This document shows, piece after piece, positions 36,519-51,500 of a stretch of DNA of 64,000 bases. The position numbers and the translations under genes are program-made. A model generated the notes under the pieces. It was not told the origin of the DNA. It did no database searches and saw only the letters and a list, made by a program, of their open reading frames with translations. Every line of letters starts with the position of its first letter. Positions within the stretch are counted from its first letter, which is position 1. Origin of the DNA: Lingula anatina (taxonomy: Eukaryota; Animalia; Brachiopoda); assembly GCA_051362555.1 (NCBI GenBank), contig CM120647.1, positions 6,944,001 to 7,008,000 on the forward strand. Direction: 5' to 3'.

Positions 36519-39500
36519 TAATAAAGTTTTCATCGAATTTTTGAAAGTGAACTAGGCATTTTATTTGCTTGGACAAATAAAAAGATGAACGGATTTACGT
36601 TCGTTTTCCGCATTGAATTTCGCTTATTAATTTGCAAAATAAAATTACACGTGTCCACATTAGTTCTATGGCAGCAGTTCTGTTCACATATAAATGCTCA
36701 CCCATTCGATGCATAAAAAGTTAATGTCACTGATGCAAGTTAATTAATGTGACTGAGTAAAGTGGGTATATAAACAGGAGATAATGCTGGGACTGAATTC
36801 AGCACATGTTAGATCCAGCTTTTCATCCGGATTCCTCATCACAAAAATAACTATAAATGCGTCTTATACAGGCAAGAAGCCTACCAGGTTACCTGTACCT
36901 GCATCTAGGAGTGCGTCAAGACACTCGTACTCAGGTACTTAGCCTTAAAGATGCATACAAAGTCAATTTTTGTCACAAAAACCAACCAAATGCCAGCATA
37001 TAGTTTCAAGTAGTAGAACTAAGAGAATTACCAAAAGGCATTGTTTAATTTTACCCGAAAATGATGTTTGAACGGATTTTTCTGCTGGCATTCTTAGCTG
37101 TATGTCAATGGGGCAGGAAAGTAGGTCATGAAAGTAGGTTAAATTTACAACCAAAAATTTAAAGAAAGCAGCAGTCTAAAGGTCTTTTATGGCTGATCGA
37201 GTGATCTATTCAGTTTATCCCTTGGCATGTCGAATTTATTTGAGTCATTTAAGAACTCAGTAGAAGTGGTTTACATGTGTTACTGGATATCCACGCATCA
37301 CCGATGCTCGGTTCGTACAGTGTATGTACCTTTAAATCTCGGAGTTTTTGTGAAGTGGATTTTATTCTTAAAGTCGGATGGCCCACGTAACACCTACAGG
37401 TGCGTGCACAACAAATAGCGAATCCAGAGCTTGTGTGCATCAGGCCCTAGGAACCATTACCAGTGCATAGTAAGACGTAGAGCAGAGAGCATGTAGACAT
37501 GTCGAATGTTTGTTGTATTAATCACTTTTCATCACAGAAATAAGCAGATTATAATATCAAATCCTTCACAAAACGTGCTGAGAGGTTTAGACGTGATAAA
37601 TGGCTGATAGCTACATTGTATATCAACAAGGCAAGGATGGACAGAGTTAACAGATATACATGTATACTTCACAGTGCTTCCCAATTTCTTACACTTAAAT
37701 TTTTATATAGCGATTTCTTAAAACTTCTGACAATTTTATCATTAAATTGTACTCTAAATAAAAATTTCATTTTTGAGATCATCTACATATACATGCGGTG
37801 CATGAACTACTGTAGTACCGGGTACATTGCAGCTGTCTCATTTTAGGCATGTATATATGCACATTATCCCCTATTCACATTTACACTAGTAATCGGTTTG
37901 TTAAGTTTCACTTTTTTCATGTCAAACTCCCGATGTGTAGTAATCTGTTATTTTTCAAGACAGAATACCAAGGTTTTCAGATAAATATGATTATTTCTAG
38001 ATACCGGGTACATGCATGGTGTCTAAAGGAGCCCTGGTGATACGTTTTATGTGCCTAAATCACGTAATTATGAAAGCACTGGTGTGTACTGAAACTGTTT
38101 TGAAAGATTACTATACTTGGTTCATTCAGATATTTAAAAAGCGATGTGCAGTGTTAAGTTCAGGTCCATGTGGCCAGTATGCGTTGCCAGTCTTCTGCAA
38201 CACATTTATTGCTTATCAAATGCATTAAAAACTACGAGGGCATTGAAAAAGTGGAAATGGTTTTTGCAGCGTATTATTTGAAATTTGGCATGCAAGCGTT
38301 TGGTTTTACAGTGCGTAAAATGAGTTAAGCAACGTTTGACAAATATGTTCATATGTGCCAGAATGGAGTGAAAAAGCAACCATTGCTAGACAGACTATTT
38401 TGTCATACGGAACGGTGCACGATTTCAAAGAGCTATGGGCAGATTGATGTGCTTACAGAGAGGCCACCCCCAATCTATCGAAATTTTACCATCAGGGTAC
38501 GGGACTCGCTGATGTGCTGTTCCGATTAACAAAAACACCCATCCGTTTAGAATGAGGGGCAAATAGCCACTAGAAAGCGTTTTAAACCTCCAGTGAACAT
38601 CAAACTTGTTTTAGCAGGTTAGAATACCAGACGACCGCCGAAGAAGCCACTGTAAAGAGCCGTCTTTCTCTCTAATGAATTGCAGACCATAACCGTATCC
38701 GGGTAGAACACTGAAATCGCGTGTCTTTCTTTATTGAGACATCTTGAAGAGGCCAAGGACGAAGCATGTGCCGCATCTAAAGTGACTAGTGTTATTGACA
38801 GTGGCAGTATTTAGCAACTACAGACTTGACATTTAATATGGAATATTTCAGTTTCGAATGTATGAGGTGAAAATGCGTTTTTTTTCACAAACTCCGATCT
38901 CATATACGATATGTGAATGGAGGAGTGTGTAGTCAGGTGTGTCGCTACCAATTAGCTGATTACCAGGTTTGTTGCGCTGCTGCATTATGTAATATGCAGT
39001 GATTTAATTGGGTAGTGCTCCTTTGGGCAGGTCAAAGCTTGGCTTTGGCAAAGCATGGTTTTGTCAAAAAAAGTATCCATATGTCGGCAACTACTTCATA
39101 GAAAAATTTAAAATTTTGCATGCAAGTGATCGGGTTTGCAGTGTGTAAAATGAGCTATGCGGTGCTTTATAAAATTTGTTTATCTGTGGCAGAATGGCGC
39201 GAAAAAGACGGGCATTGCCAACCAGGTAATAGCGCCAAACGAAACGGTCCGCACAGTTTTACAGAGTAATGACCAGACTGATGTACCTACACAGAGGCCA
39301 CACCCAATGTATTGAAATCTTACCACCAGGGTACAGGACCCACTGTCTTTCGAGAAATGCTGTTGCAACTAAACAAAAACCACCTAGTCCGTTCAGAATG
39401 AGGGGTAAATTACCACCAAAACGCATTTTCAAGACCCTTAGCGAACACCAAACTTGTTTTAGCAGGTTAGAATACCAGACGACATCCAAGGAACCCACTG

Positions 39501-42500
39501 TAAAAAGCAAAACATCGTTGTATGTTTCTCTATTGAATTCGGGACCTTTCTGGATCGAACACTGAAATCTCGTGGCATTCTTTATTGAGGTCAGATTTCA
39601 CCTGTACCGCTCAACAGTCAAAACAGAGTTTACAGACATACAGAGAAGGCCAACGACGAAGCGTGTGTCGCTTCTAAAGTGACTAAGGTCATTAACAGCA
39701 TCAGTATTTGGAGTGGATACCACATTGGTGCCAAAACACCAATGGTAGTCATCGACGATAACCTGAACCAGATCAAATAAAGAAATAATCTGGGAACCAC
39801 TTGGCAATCATTTGATAGTGGACAACTAACGAACAATTTTAGGTTGCACGGTGAGATTGCCGGTTCACACAGAGCACTTTTAATTGTAGTTTACGTACAG
39901 AACCAAGGGAATGAGCCACTACCTTGGTTATCAAAATCGCCATATTTGAACCACATAGACAATATGTGGGTAGGCCATTACTCTCCGAATCAATGGCCAA
40001 CATGTCCTACAACAAAACTGGCCCAAATTGGGCAGATTTCGACCGTTGCCTGGAATGTTATTCCAGATTGAACTTTAAAAACCTATCCCAAGGAATGCCT
40101 TGCCACTTGAGAGCGCTGGAAGCAGCCAGAAGATGTCAGGCGTAACAGCGACCGTCACTGTGACTAGACACTGACATGAGGGTCCTTTGTGGAGCGTTTA
40201 ACTCTTTTACAGACAATAATTTGGAAAATGTGGAGGTCCAAAATATCCCTTTTAATGGTTGTCGTATGACATAGAATAGGCAATGTGTTTTTGTTTGCTT
40301 CTCTAGCGAATTCCATTAACGAACTGATGTCACAATGACATCAAAGAGATAATTAAAAGTTATTAAAACACGATTTTAATCCTTATTTTCATTTATCAGT
40401 CTGCAAAACAGGAAAAAAACTGATGAAAAATGATGTGGAAAAAATATTCCATATTAAATGTCAAGTCTGTATTTAACAACTAAAAGGACATTTTTAAAAA
40501 AAACTCTGCAATAATCTTTTACGATATGAACACCGAGGGTAGGCGTCTATTAATCTTACATGGTCTTTTGGTAAGAACAGTTTCCAGAATAATTGCGAAA
40601 AAACTGCTGTTTTGATGAAAACTTATCATATTTTCATATTTTCATGAGCTGTTTACAATGCGTTCATTGTGAATTGTGAAGAGTTTTTATCACTTTCACA
40701 ATCATACTAGTACAAAGCAGCAAGATTGTATTGCTTTCTGACTGTGTGAGGTAAAATAACTTTCTTCTTATACTTTGCAGCTGGCGATGGTGCCGTTCGC
40801 CTGGTGAACACAAGTAGCCCCTACGAAGGCCGTGTTGAGGTGTACTATGCCGGGGAGTGGGGACGTGTGTGTGACTACAACTGGGGTTTAAATGATGCTA
40901 AAGTGGTTTGCAGGCAACTTGGATTGACTGGGGCCCATACGTCTTTTAAAGGCTGGAGTCCCAGAGGCACTGGTAAGTCGACAATTGTGGTTATTCATCA
41001 ATACGTAAATGTGTTTTTTCTATCTTTTATTTCTATGGAAAGTGGGGATGTATAATTTTCCTGAGTTTAAGTTGAGATGATTTGTCATTTATTCAAATTA
41101 GTCATGAAGAAAGCATATTACGGGTTGCAACAAATACATATATTTACAAATGGCGTTCATAGTCCATCATCATTCCCACCAACAGTGTCTTAATTGTCCG
41201 GTAAACGTTATTTCTGACTCAGGTAAATACTGGCTGTATAATGTAAACTGTACAGGAACAGAATCCAATCTAACCCAATGCACCCATGGTGGCGTTGGCA
41301 GCATCAATACCGGCAATTGTGGTCAGAGTGGTTTCAACGACGCTGGGGTAATATGCCATGGCGGTGAGACACACATTAATATTATATATATATATATATA
41401 TATCCTTTTGGACTGTTGAGAAAATTACTTCTAGCTTCATGCAAAAACGGCTTTATATAGATTGTTTTTTCTTATTATGCCCTTGAATATTCATAAACGT
41501 ACAATCTATGGCAGATCTCATTGATTCTGCTGGTATCCAAAGTTATAATGTCTGAGCCCGTTTTTCGACCTGCATTGTCAGGATTTGGGAAGGGGGTCCG
41601 TGGATACGAAACCGACCCCCCCCCCCCCCCTTGGCGTGGGGCTCGGCGCCCGCTTAAGGTCCCCGAAAATAATTGGTATTTTAGAGAGCGAATGGCGCCA
41701 TTTGGTACGGATAAAAAGTATGATTCTGGGTCTTCTGGTAGACGGTCAGATTTTTAAGTTTACTTTGACAAGTATCTATTTTTTCTGTCGGAAGACGGTC
41801 AAAAATGGAGGATGGTAACAAAGATAATTTGAAAGACTGTCAGGAAATATCTCTGGATCCGCCCCTGAATGTATATATTTCTTAGCACTAGTGTCTCATC
41901 ACTTTCACCTGGATCTCAGATGTAACGAAGTCTGCACGTGGCCCTTATCAAACACGATTTATGATCGTATGTTGCCCTATGTTCTGTGAAGATTACTTCA
42001 TCTAAAAATATGATCTGCTTTCTTTTGAGCAGATATCTTTGTCACGGCACTCATTTTGTAAATCAACACTGTAACCCTTCCAAAACTTTTAATATTATAA
42101 ATAAGGAAAGGTTAAATGAAAACATACCATTTAACACACCATGTAAGTTTCTCAAACATGCGTGTTTGTTTTTATCTAAAGAGTCTAGTACTCAGACATA
42201 TTGGTCAGAAAATCGGCTGACACGAAGCATGAGATGCATTCAGGATGCATATGAAGTCAATTTTTTGCTGCAAAAACCAACCAAATTAATGCCGGCAAAT
42301 AGATTCAAATTGTATAACTAAGCTTATTACCATAATACACTGTTTAATATCACCCAAAAATGATATTTGAACCTTTTTTTTATTCTGCAAGCTTTCTATG
42401 CTGTAAATACATGGAGCAAAAAAGTAGGTCACATAAGTAGGTTAGATTTCTGACCAAAATTGTAAAGGCGGGTGTAGTCTAAAGGGTTTTTTTATGGATG

Positions 42501-45500
42501 ATTGAGTGATTTATTCATGTCGACTTTACTTGAGTCGCATAAGAAACTAGTAGAAGTGGTTTATATGTATTTTAATTAAAATTAAAATGAAAAAAAAGGG
42601 AATTCACGCTCCATCGATGCTCGGTTCATATGTACCTTTAAAATAAATATAACATTAAATGCTCGATTTGAGCGGTGCTTGTTAATGCTTTCAGACGGCG
42701 ACGGTGCCTTGCGTCTTATTAACACATCAAATGCGTACGAAGGTCGCTTGGAAATCTTCTATTCCGGGAGATGGGGGAGAGTTTGTGACTACGGCTGGGA
42801 CCTGACTAGCGCTGACGTGGCGTGTAAACAGCTTGGTTTTACTGGGGCCCACACACCATTATTTAGTATGTCACCTAGGGGGACAAGTGAGTATAAAAAT
42901 TGTACACCTTAAGTGGATACTTTAATCGTACGTATTTCGATAGCCTTTTATTGTTTAAAACCGTGATTTTAAAAGTGTAGGCATCGTAATGAATACTTAA
43001 CATGTACTGTTTACAATTATTGACTGTTGCCTTACGTTAACGTGGCGTTTTGTAGACTGAAGCCGAAGTTAATTCTTTTTGTGAATCTTTCTTTTCAAAC
43101 ACCAGGTCATTTCTGGATACAAGAGGTGAATTGTCAGGGATCTGAGTCGACCCTGGCAGATTGCCATAATGACGGCGTTGGTGTTATCAGCTCATCTTAT
43201 TGTTCCCAGTCTTCGTCACATGACGCCGGCGTTCTGTGTAAAGGACGTGAGTATATACCAAAGGTGGATCCAGAGAAATTGCACTTTAAGACCAAAACAG
43301 GCCCACTAGTGTTAGTACAAGTGTTGATTATAATATTCATGAGCATTGAACGTTCAAATACCGGCAGCGATTTATTCAATGCTGTTCTCACTGGTTGTTT
43401 TTGTCGTTTTGCATTACTTACAGCCAATGACGGAGAAGTGAGATTGATCGGCGACTCACAGTATCATGGGCGAATTGAGATATTCTACGCAGGAGACTGG
43501 GGAAGAGTGTGTAGATATCGATGGTCACTGAATGACGCCAAAGTGGCCTGTAGACAGCTGGGCTTCAGTGGGGCGCTGAATTACTGGACAGGTTGGACAC
43601 CTAAAGGGACTTCGCGGGTGGTGTTAGGTAAATTGTTTCTAGGTCTGTCGGTCTTTCTGACTTAATGGTGCCAGGTACTGTTTGCCTGAATGCGTGACTT
43701 CCGTCTGAGTAGTGCCAAGTTCTGTTTGTGGCGGTGTCCAGCAACACAGAGCCCTATCATTCTTGGGTCCGCCGGACCCGGTGTTTTGAATGTAAATCGG
43801 TGTTCTGAAATGTAAAGTCCCACTATAGACACTCTATTTCAGTACGGAAAGTCCTAGGACCCTACATTTTAACACTAAAAGTCCGCATTGAAGAGCAATA
43901 ATGAAATCTCACACTTAAAACATGCAATTTAAAAACAACATTGAACATGATGTTGACTGATACAGAGGGAAGAATTACAAGGTAAAATAAACATTATTAA
44001 CCTCTCTTAAAGTGTAACGCGTAGTATAAATGTGCATTTTTCGCATTTCATAAACTTTAATTTGCAGTTTTATCTTTTGTATGCATTTGAGAAAGAACAT
44101 AACTAAAGAAATATAAACCTATTCAGAATATCTAAGTGCCTTTGGTGAACTTCCTAATTTTACAAAAAAGTTTATTTTATTAATCAGTATAGTTATTGTC
44201 TTTTCTCCTCAATGTCATTTTCTCTTTGCCATGCATTTCTTGTAACAATGCAGTTTTCTTATCTTCTCTTTCTACTTCTTTCCTCCATCTCCCCTCCTCC
44301 CTCTCTTCCTTCCCACTCTCTACTCCAACTATCTTTCTTACAGCTCTGTAATATAAGCAGCCGCTTTCAAGCTAAAACAGGAATGTAAATATGTACCTTA
44401 AATGCACATGTAAGTTGCGCTTTTATCAAACAGTATTGAAGTTAAACGAGTATAAATGTATAAGACTTACTTTAAAATGTTATGCGGAGCTTCTCCTTAT
44501 TGCTCTTTCCTGATTGTTGGATGTTCGTCTTCTGTACCTGCCATGTTGTAAATAAAGTCGCACTGCTTGAAAACCCATGCTGACAGAGTAAGACATCGCG
44601 AAGAGCTAGCCATTTTATACCCTGAGAAACATGGGATGCATTCCTTTTGGGTTGATTCCTTTTCCATTTAGGGAATGCAACTTAAATTAAAACTTTATAT
44701 AATTTGTCAAACAAAATTAAATGAGTACATTTTCAATTACGCTCCGTAAGCATGTATATTCAATAACTAATTAATTTCGTCAGTTTCCAGAAAATACATA
44801 TTTTGTACAATTTGGCATTGATGCACTGTATAACGCTAGCTGTCACACATTTATGAGTGGTAGTCATGGTAGACTAAGTCACGCATATAGTCTAAGGAAA
44901 AGAAACGTTTTGCACAGTTTAGCATCGATTCATTGTGAACCACTAGCTTTCACACGTGCGAGTGGTATTAAAATAAGTCACGCGTATATATAGTCCAAAG
45001 CATCACAATGAAATGGGATATGTGAAATATATTTTAAATAAGTCCAATTAAAAAAAGGTATGAAATGTAATCGAAAATGAGTATAACCCATTTTATTGCG
45101 TAATGAAACACAATAAATGGACAGTAGGTGGAATATTTGCCTATAAATCTACGGACCACTGGTTTCTGAAATAACGGGTCCCGGACTTTCTGTCATGTGG
45201 GGACCTTCTGGTACATGTACATGACACCGGTTTTCCCGAGTAAGTGACGCTAAATACTGTTTGTTACTCTTCCTGATTTTCTATTAGCACCCTACAGGTC
45301 TGTTTTGTTCTTTTCGCTTTCATTTTCCTGAAGAGGTATCCGAACGAACATGTGACCCAGACTTTCGGCGGTCAAGCGCTGCATTTGAAGGGGAGGTGCA
45401 GCCATTAGATGCCGAAAACGAAAAATTTCTCTCTAATTCTCGAAACGTTTAAATGAGATGCCTTTTGTTTGTTGCATTTTACGGGGCTTAGCAAGCACAA

Positions 45501-48500
45501 CCATGGAAGTTGTTTTCCAAACGGTTTAGAAGTTAGAAGTTGTCGCAATGCTCAATGATGAAAAAAAAGTGAAATACTCCAAAACTTGCATAGATACCCC
45601 ATGGTTATTATAGACATTGAATAGGAAGCCATTTATTGACAATCTTACTGTGACCGGCAGTTAGATTGTCGATATGTGGATCAAGCTAGGAATGGGAACC
45701 AACTATAAGTCGAAAGTGATTTGAAATCGATAAATTTCAGCTTCGTTGGGCACATTTAAGTCTATCTAATATCTGGTATGTGTGGCTGATAACCCCAGTA
45801 GGCTAAAATACTGGGCATGATTTCATTGCTCACTTTTCACATTTTATTTATCACATACATGTACCGGTATACAGTTTCTCTAGTCAACAGATGGGAATAC
45901 ATGAGGTATAATTTGAAATATGTACTGTCTGTCTGCCTGTCTGTCTGTTTTTTCGGCTGAGTAGTGCTAGACCAAGTGTTTAACACTTTTTGTATATCTA
46001 TATTTTTGGCTGGATCATGCTAGGTACTGTATTTGAGTGTACTTAATTTTTTAACTGATTGGTTCTGGATAGTGTTTGTGTCTGATTGCCCCTTTGTAAG
46101 AGTGGTGTTGTTTGTATGTCTGGCTGTCTGCGTATCTGTCAGCTGCCTGTTTGCTGTCTCTCTACTGAGTTGTGCTATGGGTACCGTCTACCTGTGTGTG
46201 CGTGTGCGTGTGTGTATGTGTGTGTGTGTGTGCATGTATGTGTACGTGCGTGTGTGTACATGTGTTTGTGCGTGTGTGTGTGTGTCTGCCTGTCTGTTGT
46301 CTCTATGACTGTTGTGTGTTAAACACATGTACACATGTCAGTCATGGTCGGCTCATAAGGCTTGTCATCCTCGCCATCTTCCTCTATACAGGGTATCTTT
46401 CGCTGCTCTGCCGTTGTAACAGAACTTATGGTCCGTGTGACAGAAAGTCAGCCCTCCATTTAGTTATAATGGTTAGGGTTGGCTTGACCTAGGTGGGTTA
46501 AAAAATAGGAGAAGGTTTACCTGTACAAATGAATGGGAAGCAGACTCTCTGTCATGGGGGATCTCTGTCACTTTACACCGGCTTCACTCCATGTTTGCCA
46601 CCAATGATATTTTCGCTCAGCCTCTGCGAGCAGTAATATCATTAAGTCTACCTTGTACATGTGCATGTACATATGAGAGTGAGACTTGCGTTGTGATGTG
46701 CTGTCCTCAGTGTGATTATGTAACGTCTTGAAAAAAAATGTAATTTACGATTTTCTATTGTGTAATGAAATTTTTCAGACAAATTACGCTGTGCCGGTAC
46801 AGAGAACCGACTGGATGCCTGCGGTCATGGAACGATAGGCTATACCGATTCATATTACTGCTCGGCAACCGCTTACGTGGACGCCGGGGTCACCTGTAAA
46901 GCACGTGAGTATGAGGGAGTGCGCGGGAAAAGAAATGCGCTAAGGGAGGGGGGGGGGGGGCTAAATATGTTCATTAAAAATGCAAAAAAGGCGAGGGCAA
47001 TTGTTTTAATATTATACCTGAAAAGGTTAATAGTACTATTGGCCCTCCTGATTTATTTATTGTAGTATACACAGCACCTTTGATGCTACTATCATAGCGA
47101 GGACGCGTTGGTGGTCCTGTCCTGATTTTACTGTATTTTCTGAAGGGGGTCAGATACCAGGCCCCGTATGCACAAAATATCTTAAGTGTATTTTTTAAAG
47201 AATTTCCTTAAGTGATCAACCTTAACATAGGTGGTATGCACAAAGCATCTTAAGATGAGAATTTCCCCAAATATCTCCTTAACTTTAAAGCAACAATAAC
47301 TCTTCCTTGAGATTCAAAATTCCGCATGAAATACATTGTAAACAACGCATGGAAATATATTCTATTGTATTTTACCACTAAAACGGCCGTTATTGTAGTA
47401 AAACTAAAATCTGTGCTTGTCAATAGGGCTTTCGATGCCTTTTCTTCCCGGTCATCAAGGCATTCGTTGCTAATGACGTAATGGTGTCACACGGATTCTC
47501 GCGTTCATTCGAGACCAAAATAACATATGGCGCGAAACGCATTAATGCAGACGCAGACGTAAGTTGCGAGTTTTTGTACAGTGCGTCGGATAACGAAAAG
47601 CCCAGAATGGCACACATTGTGGATATTAATGTATTTTTAACAAAAAGACGAATATATCTAATGAATCTTATATAGTGTTGTTGTTGTCTGCTTTTCCCGC
47701 GGTTTTAAGTAGGTCAACAGTGACTATGCGATGTCAGAGAGAGCTCCGTCAGTTAAAATCTCTTAAGAGATTTTAACAAAAAACCGTACGTTTAGGAAAA
47801 AACCCTGGATTAACTTTGAATGCAGGAATGGGGTCGTTGACCATTGGTAAGTACGGGAAAATTGCCGTTTTTTTCCGGGAAAATCCAATTTTTGGCCAAA
47901 ACGAAGAGTTATTATGACTTTAAGGTACCTCATTGGGTCTCTTAAGTGGAAATTTTGTCCTTAGATTCAGTGACTGTACAACACAGTGGCATTCATTTGT
48001 GCTAGTCAAAGCTGTGCAGCAACATTGTTTCTCTATGGCTCTTAGTATTGCTGTTTATCGTGAAGAAGTGGATGAACTGGAAAGGGCAGTCGCAAGACCA
48101 AGAATATTTCGGGACCGCGAAAGTCCTTTGGATTTTTACCCAGATCATGACATTTACCAGCGCTTTTGTTTTGATAGAGAGGGGATATTCTGGCAGTTAC
48201 ATTTGTAATTTGTCGTTCTGCTAAGGGATATCTAAAGTGAAAAATTCTGAGTGGGCACTTTTTATGACATGTTGCTTATGAAATCCCCGAGAAACCACCT
48301 TTAACACGGAATCTCACGCATCAATGCTTATACAATTAACATAGGTATTTAATATGTGCATACGTGGGGTCAATAGTGAAATTAATTATTAAAATAATAT
48401 TTATATTATGAATTACTTCACAGATAACGCTAAAAAAATATGTAAATCGAAAACATGTAAATGGACATAGTCATGAAATAAGTACATGCTGGGCTTAATT

Positions 48501-48566
48501 CTTTTTTAGAGCCCATGGAAAAATGTAACTTAATCATCCCCGGCTGCATTACTTTTTTCTACTCAC

Positions 48567-48597
<31 letters not shown>

Positions 48598-51500
48598 AAT
48601 GTAAATTTCCTCCATCAAATGTGCACCTCATGCACAATAACATACTCTCCCTGTACTAAGAGTGCCTCTCACTGCATTTTATGTTACTATTAGCTTTGCT
48701 CATGGCACTTCCATGTTTTAGTGTATGTAATGACGGTCCGGAGGGCATCGTTGGTTAAATTCAATGTGTTTTTGTATGAGCAAAAAATACGCCCTACTGA
48801 ATCACTTTTTCCAGAACTATCGCCGATATGGGGGATGGGTGCACATGTATCAGCCAATAGAGACAAAACCTTTCGAATAAAATGTAATTATGTCACTGGA
48901 TTATTATTATTAGTTTTGGGTATGGGGGTTGGATGACATGTCTCTTTTTCTGTCAGAATATGAAGAATACTAGGCCTACACAAGAAGTTACAACTTCTTG
49001 GCCTACACGATTGATATCTCAATTCTTCTAATAATAATAACTGATAGGCCTATCATTTCCAAGTAAAGGATTCCTTCAAACATGGATTCCCCAGAATTTC
49101 CTCAGTGTAAGCTATTCTAACAGGTAATTCTATTGGTCAATGCACAGGCTAAACATAGCTCAACACATAAGAGAAATCCTAGAGTTGAGAAAATTCTTGG
49201 CTTAGGAAATTCTTAAGGTACTTTGTGCATGCCACTTAAGGGGTTTCCTCTGTTAAGAATTTTCTTATGAAGTTAAGGAGAATTGTTCACTTAAGATAAG
49301 GATTGTTTGTGCATACGGGGCCAGATACCTAATTATATATATCCTTGGTGATGGGAGGTTCACTTACCTACATTGTTAAGTATTGACCCTTCATGGTGGA
49401 CGTCTTAATAACAAAAAATGCATTCGTGCATGGCTATTAAAACGGATTATACTAGCGGCAAATATAGCTGCTAGGGGGTAATTATCTTTACCCCTAGCTG
49501 ATGCGATAGGCGTGACAGACATTTAAGCTGGCCAAGTAGATATCAATTTAGTGAGACTCCCCAAGGAGTTAGATCGATCCAAATATCTGTGGGAATGGTC
49601 CCTTAGTTTAAAAGATAAATACCAAATACATTGAAGTTCCCCATTGTCACTCAACACAGGCTGCATAAAGCTTTTTATTGCCCCAACCTTTCTAGCTGAC
49701 GATGGTCAACTTCGTCTGGTGGACGGTAACGGCTACAACAGCGGTCGTGTGGAGATCAAGTTTGCCGGACTGTGGAGGCGTGTTTGTAAATTTGGATGGG
49801 GAAGCAAAGACGCCGCAGTTGTGTGTCGACAGTTGGGCTATAGCGGATACGTTAATGTTGCAAGAGGTAAGGCAAGTGAGAATAAATTAAAGAAATAGAA
49901 ATACATGTACATTAAAAGCAAGATAAATGTCCTGTAACGTAAACATTATAAGTAGCAGGATTTTACACAGCACAAATAGAATATTTACCCGTAAATAAAA
50001 TAATCAAGTCATTATAATTCGAAATTGATCTAACAGGCAGTAGAAAAAAGTCTTTCAGAGGCTCTCTCATATTGGCTTTTTTATGCGATCTGCGCAGATT
50101 TTGCGCATGATTTTTCTTTTATTTTGGCGATAACAGCAAATGATAAAAAATATAACAAGCAATAAAATATTTCATTCATCCTTTTATGAAATTTTTATGA
50201 AATCTTTATTGTAATTTTGGTCGAAGCGCTACAGTTGCGTATCAATAAAAACTCGGTCTTTTACGACGTAACGTACCCACTTGCGACCTTTATCACAAAT
50301 GCCGTGATGAAGTTAACAATTTACAGCTGTGAGGTGATCATTTGTAAATAAAAGTATATGATATGGGGGGGGGGGGGGCAACTTTTTTGACCAATGTTGT
50401 ATGTTCTTGAACAATATGGCCTGTTAACAGTGCGATTTCCAACCCTTCTGCAAAGATGGCATAGGTGGGCATCCATCTAGCATAAGTGGACATTTGGGGT
50501 TGCGTTGTTCGTGTTGTTTCCCGTTATCATGAACATGATTATATTACATTGATTACTTTTTAATTGGCAATCTCAAAAAAGATTGCCTTTTTTGTGTCCA
50601 AAATTGTGTTTTTTCAGGTTGGATCCCCAGGGGGAGTGGGGAATTTTGGCTGGACAATGTTGCCTGTGTTGGAACAGAGAGTAACCTTACAGATTGCTCA
50701 CACAGAGGGATAGGGGTATACAGCATCTCATTGTGTGACCTAAGCAGTAACGCTGACGCTGGAGTTTACTGTCAAGGATACTTACGTACGTATGTCTTTC
50801 TCACTGCCAATAAGAAAGTCAGAGACTATCTGTCTGTTTTAGAAACAATTTTTTCTGTAGGTCTGTATGTCTGTGCCGCTTTCCTTTCTTTTTTTCCTTT
50901 TTTATTTTTTTTTAAATTTTTATTTAGTTTGTATTTTTTGAGAGTACGAGGATTCTTTTATTGGCAAAAACATATTCGTGATGAATTATTCGCAAAAACA
51001 TATTCGTGATGAAATAGGGGATTGATGACGCGCGACACCTGATTTTGGCTTAAAATTTAGCTTCACTTTGCAGACATAACGTAGACCTAATAAATGGGGG
51101 CAATAATCTAGGTATCGGCATGTTTCAGCATTTTAGTTCTATTGGACGGAAGTGATCATGAATATTTCGAAATGGGCGTTAAGAGGCTGTAATGCGTTGT
51201 GAAAGGTGCGATATTTAAATTTGTATCACAACTTTATATCACAACTAATCATTGAAATATAAAATCCATTTTCTCTACCAGCGGGTGTAACTCCCCCCAG
51301 TACAACCACCACAACGACCACCGTTGTAGTAAGTAGTATTAATTGATTTCACTCAGCCTACGCAGGTATATACCGGTGTGCTGTTTGGACATTTCAGCAC
51401 ATTTACTTTGTTTGCCAGAAAATAGTCATATTGTATATAAAAAAACAATAGCTTATGTTAAAAAGGACTTTTAATAAAACTTTATCATTAACGTAATCAA

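Noticed and set aside
46033-46492. Cys/Val-rich ORFs
   Set aside because: Translation of a (TG)n microsatellite.
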